Shown here: positions 1-8,284 of the stretch, piece after piece
Numbering within the stretch: position 1 is the first letter of the stretch
How the letters are laid out: each line of letters begins with the position of its first letter
NCBI GenBank assembly: GCA_020353515.1
Contig: CP070695.1
Coordinates: 1,207,537 to 1,271,536 of the forward strand
Origin: Candidatus Heimdallarchaeota archaeon
GTDB taxonomy: Archaea; Asgardarchaeota; Heimdallarchaeia; Hodarchaeales; Hodarchaeaceae
Reading direction: 5' to 3'
Length of the DNA stretch: 64,000 nucleotides
Program-made: the position numbers and the translations under genes
Notes under the pieces: generated by a model
Databases searched by the model: none
Told to the model about the DNA's origin: nothing
Seen by the model: the letters and a program-made list of their open reading frames with translations, nothing else

Positions 1-2
1 AA

Positions 3-113
3 TTCACCGGTGAAATACCAGCAATTTCACCTGGATTTGAACACATCACAATAATATTAGGTCTTGGAATGATGACACTAGTTCTATGGCGTCGGAGAAA
101 ATATATTTACTGA
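3..113 (+). CDS. 3' end of a surface protein with a PGF-CTERM-like sorting signal (partial; begins upstream of the window)
   Basis: Manual translation from nt 3: FTGEIPAISPGFEHITIILGLGMMTLVLWRRRKYIY*. This is a PGF motif, a hydrophobic helix and a basic tail. Not in the ORF track. Confidence 0.8.
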   Translation, partial: FTGEIPAISPGFEHITIILGLGMMTLVLWRRRKYIY

Positions 114-251
114 AATTCTAGCCTGATTCCATTATCTCAAAGAAATCATAAATTATAAATAGGAGTTCTACGGTTATTACAAGAGCTATTCAAGTCCGAA
201 TTTCTATTTTAAAGGGATCTAATTTTTAAAAGGGATTAGGAAGGTAATTCA

Positions 252-2300
252 TTGAGAAAAGTTAAGTTGTTATATCTAATATGTACAATTATCTCTATAA
301 GTATTTTATTTACTGGAAATGTTCTCTCATCCCCAATAGGTATTATGCAGGTGAAATGGTCTGGAAATTGGCGTCCTTATGGAGGCTATGCAGATGAACT
401 GTTATTCGTGGTTTTCTCAGAGGGCGAGAGAGCACAAAAAATGTTAGCACTACAGAGTGGTGAGATCGACGCAGACGATGAACGAGTTCTCTCAGATTAT
501 ATTGCTGCTCTTGTTCGAGATCCTAACATCGATGTTACTTTTTCTCCTGGTTTAAGATATCGAGTAATTACCTTAAACTGTGAGAAATTCCCCACTAACA
601 TCACAGGATACCGACGAGCGATAGCTTTTGGTTATGACAAGTACAGAGCGAACATGGAAGCTATCGGAGGCATTGGTTTGGAATTGGACAGCTATGTCCC
701 ATGGTCGGCAACTGAATGGGAAGTCGAAAGCCAGATCGGAGGCGAATTCTATGCCCCAGATTATGCTGCGGGTAACGCGTCTCTTGAGAAAGCTGGTTTT
801 AGAGACTTAGACGGCGATGGTTGGCGTGAATACGATAAGAACGATAACAACATGTGGGATGCAGGTATTGATATAGACGATGACGATCCTCTCCTTGCTA
901 TCGAGATGGGCGCCACCTCAGGTTATGATCCTGCCATTATCGCTGTTACAATCGCTGTTGAAGGCCTCGCAGTGATGGGTATGCGCGCTACAGTTGTTGA
1001 AAAGGACTTTGGCCTCCTTCTAGATGAGCTTATACTCGGACAAGCTTCCTGTGCTTGCTGGACTGAAGGTATCCCCACTATTAATACGATCAAACAGATT
1101 TACGACCGATTCCACAGAAACGGAGCAGATTGGGCCTATTATCATTTTGTAAACCAAACTATTGAAGAGCAACTTGATTTAATGGTGAGTTCTACAACCA
1201 AAGAAGATGTAAAAATGTACGGCCTCGAAGCCAGTAAGATGCTCCTATTTGAACAACCCCAAATTGTCGTTTATAACGATGCCATTGTAGAGGCTCGTCG
1301 TAATGACGTTTGGGAAGGCTTCTTTGAGTTTAAAGGTGCTGGTTTTGTTAATGGAGATAATAAATGGGCTGGTGTTAAAGTCCGCCAACAAACTGGTGAC
1401 TTAGGTGGAACATTCCGCTATGCCTGTTCAGATAACCTCAATACACTAAATGTCATGATGCGACAAACAGGCTACGAAGATCTAGTTTTCCAGTATGTCT
1501 ATGAGGGCCTTTATAATGTCGAGCCAGAGAATTGGGATATCATCCCTGGGCTAGCATATGACTGGAATATTGAAGCAACCATCGCAGACGCTCCTGCTGG
1601 TATCCAAGATGGTGAGAAGTACACATTCTACCTGTACGAAAACGAAACTTGGCATGACGGAAATGCATTCACCGCTGAAGATGTCAAGTTCACCTATGAA
1701 CAAGTTTGGCATGAAGGCCTGCAATACAATATAGAAGCTGATTCCGTGTACAGGATTGACCTGCCCAATGGTGCGGATGGACACATTGTCGAAATGTATA
1801 TCAACCAGACAGGGTACTTCATGTTCCCAGAAATTGCTGGCTGCTTTGCTATTGTCCCAGAACACATCTGGAGTACAGCTGGAAATATCTCATCCTTTGT
1901 ACCAACTAATGCACAAATGGTCGGGACTGGGCCTTATAAGTGGAATCAACGTGTCCCTGGTGAATACATCAGCCTTCTCCGCCATCAGAACTGGCGCTGG
2001 GATATTCGCGATGCATCCATTGAAACACCAACAGAAACATCAGAACCTCAAAAAATTACTGTGACTGTACCAGCTTCCTGTCCAGAATGTCCCTCGCCAG
2101 CAACAGTAGTAGTTACAGACGAGATAACTAAGACTGTTGTTAAAACTATCTATCCAGAGGACACTTCTGAAACCACAGAATCCTCAGAAGAACCAAAAGA
2201 AACACCGAGTATCACACCAGGTTTTGAGTTTTATTCTGTCTTTACTATGTCTGTGATAATTGGTGTTTTGACAATCTACCGTAAACGAAGAAGAAGATAA
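252..2300 (+). CDS. Family-5 (peptide/nickel-type) ABC substrate-binding protein, circularly permuted, with PGF-CTERM anchor
   Basis: Signal peptide; ALQSGEID, YRRAIAFG, WHDG..FTAEDVKFT and GTGPY motifs; Thr/Glu/Pro-rich linker; C-terminal PGF + TM + RKRRRR. Confidence 0.9.
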   Translation: MRKVKLLYLICTIISISILFTGNVLSSPIGIMQVKWSGNWRPYGGYADELLFVVFSEGERAQKMLALQSGEIDADDERVLSDYIAALVRDPNIDVTFSPGLRYRVITLNCEKFPTNITGYRRAIAFGYDKYRANMEAIGGIGLELDSYVPWSATEWEVESQIGGEFYAPDYAAGNASLEKAGFRDLDGDGWREYDKNDNNMWDAGIDIDDDDPLLAIEMGATSGYDPAIIAVTIAVEGLAVMGMRATVVEKDFGLLLDELILGQASCACWTEGIPTINTIKQIYDRFHRNGADWAYYHFVNQTIEEQLDLMVSSTTKEDVKMYGLEASKMLLFEQPQIVVYNDAIVEARRNDVWEGFFEFKGAGFVNGDNKWAGVKVRQQTGDLGGTFRYACSDNLNTLNVMMRQTGYEDLVFQYVYEGLYNVEPENWDIIPGLAYDWNIEATIADAPAGIQDGEKYTFYLYENETWHDGNAFTAEDVKFTYEQVWHEGLQYNIEADSVYRIDLPNGADGHIVEMYINQTGYFMFPEIAGCFAIVPEHIWSTAGNISSFVPTNAQMVGTGPYKWNQRVPGEYISLLRHQNWRWDIRDASIETPTETSEPQKITVTVPASCPECPSPATVVVTDEITKTVVKTIYPEDTSETTESSEEPKETPSITPGFEFYSVFTMSVIIGVLTIYRKRRRR

Positions 2301-2320
2301 AATATTATCTACTTCCCTCC

Positions 2321-2328
2321 TTTTTTTT
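2321..2328 (+). terminator. Putative archaeal oligo-T terminator
   Basis: T8 run preceded by pyrimidines, 20 nt after the stop codon, between convergent genes. Confidence 0.5.
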
Positions 2329-2352
2329 CGTTATCTCAATCAAATGACTCGT

Positions 2353-3465
2353 CTATCTAAGCTCTTCTAACAACTCATCAATTAACTCTAATCCAGCCAA
2401 TAGATAATTCTTCTCCGATCCAATCCCAATACGGATATAGTGATCTAGTCCGAAACAATCCCCAGCTACAATAAATACACTTTTTTCTTCTCTGAGTTTA
2501 GTGGTTAATTCTGTTGAATTGATGTTCATGTTATATTTCAAAAAAGCAATCCCCCCAGCTTGAGGGGGGATGAATTGGAAGATATCTGAGTGTTTTGCTA
2601 CCCATTTGGTCAAGACTATTAAATTCCCACGAAGCATCTTTCGATTACGTTCTAAGACTTTTTGTCTTCTCTCTGGTTGTAACACTAATGTGGCGATTCG
2701 ATTGCTTAATATTCCACTAGCAATTGAGGTATAATCATGGTAACTCCACATCTTCTCGATGGTCTTTTTCGGACCAATTAACCATCCAATCCTTAATCCA
2801 GGTAAGGCATAAGCTTTAGAGAGACCGCAGCTAATTATTGTCTTATCATAAAGACCCCAAAAACTTGAAGTTTCATCACCCTCCAATTCAGCACCTTGAT
2901 AAATCTCATCAGAATAGATCCATGCATCTGCTTTCTTCGCTAGATGAACAATCTCCTGCATTATCTCTTCTTCTAAGACTGCTCCTGTTGGATTATTGGG
3001 ATTACAGACAGTAATCATTTTTGTTCGAGGTGAGAGTAAACCCTCCAGTTCTTCAATTTCTGGTTGCCAGTTAAGATGTTCTTTTAGATGAAAAGGCTTA
3101 ACTGTAACTCCGAAAGACTGAGCAATCCCCCAAATCTGCAAATAGTTTGGTAACATAAGAATAAGCTCATCCTTGGGTTCCAAAGTGCTCCAGGTGCCAA
3201 TAAAGTTTCCCTCTGATGACCCGTTTGTCACCAATACATTATCTAAGTTTGTTCCTGGATAAAGAAGACTGATTGCCTCTCGTAATTCAATAGATCCATT
3301 TGTCTGACCGTAACCAAGTCGAATAGAAAATAAATCCTTTAGTTCATCGTCAGTAAGGAGTTCAGAAAGCATGTAAGGATGAACTCCGCTTTCAGTTAAG
3401 TTATATCGCACTCTATTTTCCCAAACTGATTGTCTCCTCTCCAGCTCGAAAGTTTCAATTTTCAT
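2353..3465 (-). CDS. PLP-dependent aminotransferase class I/II
   Basis: NPNNPTG, DEIY and GLSKAYALPGLRIGW motifs. Confidence 0.92.
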   Translation of the reverse strand: MKIETFELERRQSVWENRVRYNLTESGVHPYMLSELLTDDELKDLFSIRLGYGQTNGSIELREAISLLYPGTNLDNVLVTNGSSEGNFIGTWSTLEPKDELILMLPNYLQIWGIAQSFGVTVKPFHLKEHLNWQPEIEELEGLLSPRTKMITVCNPNNPTGAVLEEEIMQEIVHLAKKADAWIYSDEIYQGAELEGDETSSFWGLYDKTIISCGLSKAYALPGLRIGWLIGPKKTIEKMWSYHDYTSIASGILSNRIATLVLQPERRQKVLERNRKMLRGNLIVLTKWVAKHSDIFQFIPPQAGGIAFLKYNMNINSTELTTKLREEKSVFIVAGDCFGLDHYIRIGIGSEKNYLLAGLELIDELLEELR

Positions 3466-3588
3466 TTGATTTTCCTCAAAAAAGGAGATTAGTCCGTTTT
3501 AATGTGAACCTGATAAGCTTTTTAAGCCTTCAGGATATAATTACATAAATTTGGTATGAAGGAAATTATTTCTTAGGAGGTTGATTGA

Positions 3589-4449
3589 ATGGCTATAAAA
3601 AGGAAATATGGAATATCCTTGATAGTATTTCTGCAATTATTAGTACTGATAACCCCAATGCCTTTTAGCGCTAAACCAATAGGTTCTGATGTCTTATTTC
3701 AACTACCAAATGATACCCCTGCACCTGATTTCACCTTAACTGATTTTGTAACGAATGTATCATTTTCATTATCCGATTTTCAGGGGAAAGTAGTTATCCT
3801 CGACCTTTTTGCTACATGGTGTCCTCCGTGTGTTGATGCTATTCCGAAAATAAGAGAAATTTCCCTCTCTTATTCTGTTAATGATCTTGTAATTATTTCA
3901 ATTGATATCGATTCAGGTGAAGATGAACAATTAGTTGAGGATTTTATTGAGGAGCATCAAATGGATTGGTGGGTCGCTTTTGACAATAGCAGTATAGTAA
4001 GTAATAATTATGGTTCCGGATATATTCCAACTTTGTACGTAATTGATCAAAATCAAATTGTTACTTATTCTGAAATAGGTTTCGACTTTGAGGAGGTTCT
4101 GAATACTTTAGATCAGCTAGGAATAGAACCTACACTTCCTATCTCACCAAATGGCTCTTTAGGTGATCTACCCTTTTTTGGAATTGTTCCTACAATCTTT
4201 ATTGTTGGAATAGGGTTTATGGTTGTTTTTATTATAGGTGCAGTCATATATGGTAGATATCAACAGAGAAAACAGAGAGAAGCATACCAAGTTCGTTACG
4301 GTTTCAACCAACACCAGAAAATCCAGACATCCACTCTTGATGAAAGAGCTGCATCTAGGATTTGTCCTAATTGTAACCGTTCTTCAGCTTTGAAAGCCAA
4401 ATTTTGTTTGTACTGTGGCTCAGATTTGAGAGAAGATTCCTCCTGGTAG
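3589..4449 (+). CDS. TlpA/ResA-like thiol-disulfide oxidoreductase with C-terminal TM helix and zinc ribbon
   Basis: Signal peptide; APDFTL, FATWCPPC, IPTLYVID; hydrophobic helix; CPNC..CLYC. Confidence 0.85.
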   Translation: MAIKRKYGISLIVFLQLLVLITPMPFSAKPIGSDVLFQLPNDTPAPDFTLTDFVTNVSFSLSDFQGKVVILDLFATWCPPCVDAIPKIREISLSYSVNDLVIISIDIDSGEDEQLVEDFIEEHQMDWWVAFDNSSIVSNNYGSGYIPTLYVIDQNQIVTYSEIGFDFEEVLNTLDQLGIEPTLPISPNGSLGDLPFFGIVPTIFIVGIGFMVVFIIGAVIYGRYQQRKQREAYQVRYGFNQHQKIQTSTLDERAASRICPNCNRSSALKAKFCLYCGSDLREDSSW

Positions 4450-4459
4450 TCTTTTTATG

Positions 4460-5416
4460 TCACAATATTCCTTCATATACTGCTTTTGAGATTTGAATAT
4501 CTTGTACTGCAACACCAGTTAAATCAGCAACAGTAATTTCATCATCAGTTTGACGTTGGAGGGTTTTACTGGATATCATTGTGCCTAACTCCACCATGTC
4601 ATCTTTTGTAATCTTTCCATTTTTCATTGCGTGGAAACATTCCCCACGAAATGCAGCTTGAGGAATACTATCAACTATAACATGGTTAGCAATACGTAAG
4701 ATTTCTGGATCTAATTCTTGTTTTTCTGGTGTGTCCGACCCAATTGCCGTAATATGTGTTCCTTTTCGAACCTGTTCCGCTTTTATAAGAGGTACTTTGG
4801 ATGGAGTGCAGGTAACAATCAGGTTACATGTACTTGTAATATCTTCTTGATCCAAAGTTGTTTCTATGTTAAATCCAGAATCTATCATATCTTGTTGATA
4901 CTTGACCAATCCTGTTTCTTTTCTTCCCCACACAATTGCGTCTCGACATGTTATTATTGTTTTTAAATATTCTAGTTGCATCTTTCCCTGAATTCCATAA
5001 CCTAAAATACCTATACGATTTACTTTTTGAGGACTCATATATTTTGCTACAACTGCTCCTGCTGCTGCTGTTCTCACATTTGTTAAATGACCTTCATCGA
5101 GTAAGACGCATAATACCTCACCTGTCTTTTGACTGAACAAAATATTAAGTCCATTAATAGAAGGGAGGCCTTTTTGGGGATTTTCATAAAATCCTTGGGC
5201 AATTTTAACGACATAGTAATCGCCTTGTTTGATATAACCATATTTAATGTGACAGTCTCCAGGAGGTTCCTCAAAGATCATCTCACCCACAGGGGGAACG
5301 ACAACTTTCCCTTGTGAATAAGCTACGAACCCTTCTTCAATTAGTTTGAGAGGATCAATACTTCTTAGAATCTCTTTTATTTTTGATAATCTAATAATCT
5401 TAGTCACAATAATCAT
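4460..5416 (-). CDS. Ornithine cyclodeaminase / mu-crystallin family protein
   Basis: RTAAAG, GYGIQG, HITAIGSD..KQELD and DLTGVAVQD motifs. Confidence 0.9.
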   Translation of the reverse strand: MIIVTKIIRLSKIKEILRSIDPLKLIEEGFVAYSQGKVVVPPVGEMIFEEPPGDCHIKYGYIKQGDYYVVKIAQGFYENPQKGLPSINGLNILFSQKTGEVLCVLLDEGHLTNVRTAAAGAVVAKYMSPQKVNRIGILGYGIQGKMQLEYLKTIITCRDAIVWGRKETGLVKYQQDMIDSGFNIETTLDQEDITSTCNLIVTCTPSKVPLIKAEQVRKGTHITAIGSDTPEKQELDPEILRIANHVIVDSIPQAAFRGECFHAMKNGKITKDDMVELGTMISSKTLQRQTDDEITVADLTGVAVQDIQISKAVYEGIL

Positions 5417-5428
5417 TCTTCCTCAAAG

Positions 5429-6898
5429 TTAATCAGTTAATCCTGCATATTTACATGTGATCTCAACCGCTCGTACCAAAGCTTGGGCAGCTAGGGTTGC
5501 TCTCTCTGTGATCAAGTTTCCTTCTTCATCTAATGTCCCCAATCCAGGTGTTAAAAACATATTTCCACTATAAATAGTAGCACCAAGGCCCACACCCATT
5601 TCATCGAGTGCTACAATTATAGGATTAGTATTCGCAAACATATCTTCCATATTAAAGATTGGAATGCCAAATTTACCCTCTTCCCAAGTTTGTTCGTAAT
5701 TCAGTTCAGTACCTCCCATTGTATAGCTTTTCGTGAAGATTAATTTGTCTCTAAACCTATTTGGTTCAAATGATTTGAAAGCTTCCACAAGAATCTCATG
5801 GTACTGATCAATTGGTTTTGTAATTTTTTCAGAGTTTTCGTGAAGCATTTTTAAAACTGCTATCAAACCTACAACGGCATCTCTACCAGGGTCCATCATT
5901 GAATAACGAGCTTTTCCGTGTGATGACACCTCACCATATTTTTGTCCCCCTACCCCTAATCCTTTACGAACAGGAACCATCACCTCCTCCTTTCCAACGA
6001 TAAGACCGCAAATTGGAGCTCTTGCTGCTTTATCCATACTCCACATCATGATATCCCCATTAACATCATTTGGCCCAAGACCTATCACTGGAACTCCTCC
6101 CCCACCATCTAGAGCATAAGGAACCTCAAATTCCTGAGAAAGTCTCCCAATTCCCTTTTTAAGTAATGGAACGCCATTTTGATCCTTTTCTCCATACCCA
6201 TAACCTGGAGTATCATAACCAAGAGTAACAAAACCAGTTAATGATGTGATATGTTTTTCTGCTATCGTTTTTATTTTTTCAATCGATTTCTCGGCGTTTG
6301 TCTCAGTCATTAATGGAACAACGTTGTATTTAATTCCATGGACTTCATATTTTGTCCCAACAGGTTTCACAAGTAGTGAATCGAGATTTGGTAGACATTT
6401 TGCTTCCACAGCAAGTTCTCCACCTGTAACTGACTTATCAACAAATAGATTCTTGTATTGTGGTGGAAACGGTCTTCCATAACCAGCAGTATATTCCGTA
6501 TCTTCCCCATAAAGGGTAAGGAATCTACACCGATAAGTATCACCTATTCGTAATATTGGTGGAGCCATTAACGTCTCTAATGTTACTCTTATAGCTGCTT
6601 CACATGTATTCGTTACCGCGGAATCATAGTCATCTCCAAAGATATCTTTAATCAGATTTCGTAATTCATCTTGAACCTTCCTCATGGGAATAACTTCTTT
6701 GTTTGCCTTAACGATCGCATCGAGTACGTAATTAGGCAATAGTCCTGGACAGGAAGAACTACCTGGGTATAATCCAAAAGATCCATCATTCAGTGTATCC
6801 AATCCAAATTCTTGCGCTGCTTTGCGTGCGTCATTCCGAATTCGTGGGAAGTTCTCATATATCTCTTGGTACCATTGGAATTTAAATCTAGATCCCAT
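5429..6898 (-). CDS. SelA-like fold-type-I PLP-dependent enzyme, function unknown
   Basis: VTNTCEAA, ALDGGGG and WSMDKAARAPICGLIVGK resemble the SelA/DgaE FSGDK..GPQAGII.G region. Confidence 0.6.
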   Translation of the reverse strand: MGSRFKFQWYQEIYENFPRIRNDARKAAQEFGLDTLNDGSFGLYPGSSSCPGLLPNYVLDAIVKANKEVIPMRKVQDELRNLIKDIFGDDYDSAVTNTCEAAIRVTLETLMAPPILRIGDTYRCRFLTLYGEDTEYTAGYGRPFPPQYKNLFVDKSVTGGELAVEAKCLPNLDSLLVKPVGTKYEVHGIKYNVVPLMTETNAEKSIEKIKTIAEKHITSLTGFVTLGYDTPGYGYGEKDQNGVPLLKKGIGRLSQEFEVPYALDGGGGVPVIGLGPNDVNGDIMMWSMDKAARAPICGLIVGKEEVMVPVRKGLGVGGQKYGEVSSHGKARYSMMDPGRDAVVGLIAVLKMLHENSEKITKPIDQYHEILVEAFKSFEPNRFRDKLIFTKSYTMGGTELNYEQTWEEGKFGIPIFNMEDMFANTNPIIVALDEMGVGLGATIYSGNMFLTPGLGTLDEEGNLITERATLAAQALVRAVEITCKYAGLTD

Positions 6899-7032
6899 AT
6901 ATCTCTCCTACTTCATATTTACAATGAATCTCTATTCTATTGTGGATATTATGTATTTGTTATCAAATTCAACAGTTCAAATAAGAATGATTATATGATA
7001 TCATTGCTTCAATCGGTTGACAGTGAAAAAAA

Positions 7033-7695
7033 ATGTCATCTCCTGAAGACCAGAATGACAAGGAATTGTCAGTTCTTCAAAAAGACGCCTTGAAGGAACT
7101 TGGAAAGATTGGTGCGGATCAGGCTGCTAAGGCTCTCACAGAATTTCTTGAACAATCAATCTATATGAAGGCTACGTCGTTGGAAATGGGAAATATAGAA
7201 TCAGTTCCAACTTTATTAAGAAATCAATACCACTCTAACACACAGATCGCGATCTTCTCTGCAAGTAACACTACTGAAATAGCCTACACCGTTGTAATCC
7301 TATTTGACAAAGAAATTGTGACAAAAATACTTAGCCAAAAATCACCACCAACAGATGATATTGAAGCAGTAATGGAATTTAGTACAATGTTCATGGATAT
7401 GCTAAGAGAGATTGGTTCAATAATTCTAATCAAGTATATTCTAACTTTGAACGAAATTTTAAATCTTAATGGGGCTCTTCCATCACAACCGATATTACGA
7501 ATAGGAAAACTAGATTCTTTGTTAAATTATGAATTGAATACTTTCAAGAAAGAATCGGATGTACTAATTATTGAATGTGACATTCAATTAGAAGCAGAAT
7601 TCTACTATAATTATCTAAAAACTTACCTAATTTTAATCCCTCATCATGAGACTTATACTCGCTTTTTAAGAAGAACTAATCAAGAAAATCGCTGA
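7033..7695 (+). CDS. cheC: CheC-family protein with degenerate phosphatase motifs
   Basis: LQKDALKELGKIGADQAAKALT and DMLREIGSII match the two CheC repeats; adjacent to cheD. Confidence 0.8.
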   Translation: MSSPEDQNDKELSVLQKDALKELGKIGADQAAKALTEFLEQSIYMKATSLEMGNIESVPTLLRNQYHSNTQIAIFSASNTTEIAYTVVILFDKEIVTKILSQKSPPTDDIEAVMEFSTMFMDMLREIGSIILIKYILTLNEILNLNGALPSQPILRIGKLDSLLNYELNTFKKESDVLIIECDIQLEAEFYYNYLKTYLILIPHHETYTRFLRRTNQENR

Positions 7696-7726
7696 TAAAA
7701 AACCAAATCCCTTCAAGGAGGAAATA

Positions 7727-8272
7727 GTGATTCGTCAGCTCTTTAATAAAGAGAAAACAGGTTCATATGATAGTCGAACACATTATGTTGGGATTGGTGA
7801 AGTTAAACTTGGATGTTCAAACGATCAGTTAAAAATTACATCACTAGGGTCCTGTATTGGTGTGGTTTTATACCCCGAAGATGAAGATCCTGTAAAATGT
7901 GCTGTTATGGGCCATATAATGCTCCCACGATCTCAAGGGAGGGAACCAAAAAAGTATACTTTTGGGCCTACAAGATTTGCCGATATTGCCATACCATTGA
8001 TGGTTAAAAAACTTGAGAAAGCCATTGGGAAACATCGTCGTAAAGCTATTGTAGCAAAAATTATTGGAGGAGCGGAAATGTTTGGGTATACTAAAATAAC
8101 TTTGAAAATTGGGGAGGAGAACGCAAAAGTAACAAAAGCATTACTAAAAGATGAAAAAATCCCTCTGATCAAGGAATTCACTGGAGGAGATACTGGAATG
8201 TCGGTCAAATTCCGAGTTAGTGACTATTTATTAACTGTCAAGCCAACAGGGGGAAGAATAATAATTATATAA
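7727..8272 (+). CDS. cheD: CheD glutamine deamidase
   Basis: VGIGE, LGSCIGV, GHIMLP, RFADIAI, AKIIGGAEMF, IGEEN and TGG motifs. Confidence 0.92.
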   Translation: MIRQLFNKEKTGSYDSRTHYVGIGEVKLGCSNDQLKITSLGSCIGVVLYPEDEDPVKCAVMGHIMLPRSQGREPKKYTFGPTRFADIAIPLMVKKLEKAIGKHRRKAIVAKIIGGAEMFGYTKITLKIGEENAKVTKALLKDEKIPLIKEFTGGDTGMSVKFRVSDYLLTVKPTGGRIIII

Positions 8273-8284
8273 TGAAATAGAAAT

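Noticed and set aside
2549-2571. Inverted repeat ATCCCCCC-N7-GGGGGGAT
   Set aside because: Lies inside the aminotransferase CDS and is explained by Pro-Pro/Gly-Gly codons (IPPQAGGI).
5429-6898. Selenocysteine synthase / selenoprotein recoding system
   Set aside because: Only distant SelA-like motif similarity. No selB, selD or tRNA-Sec nearby, and no ORF with a TGA at an expected Cys position (TlpA, MsrC, IscU and TusA all have Cys).
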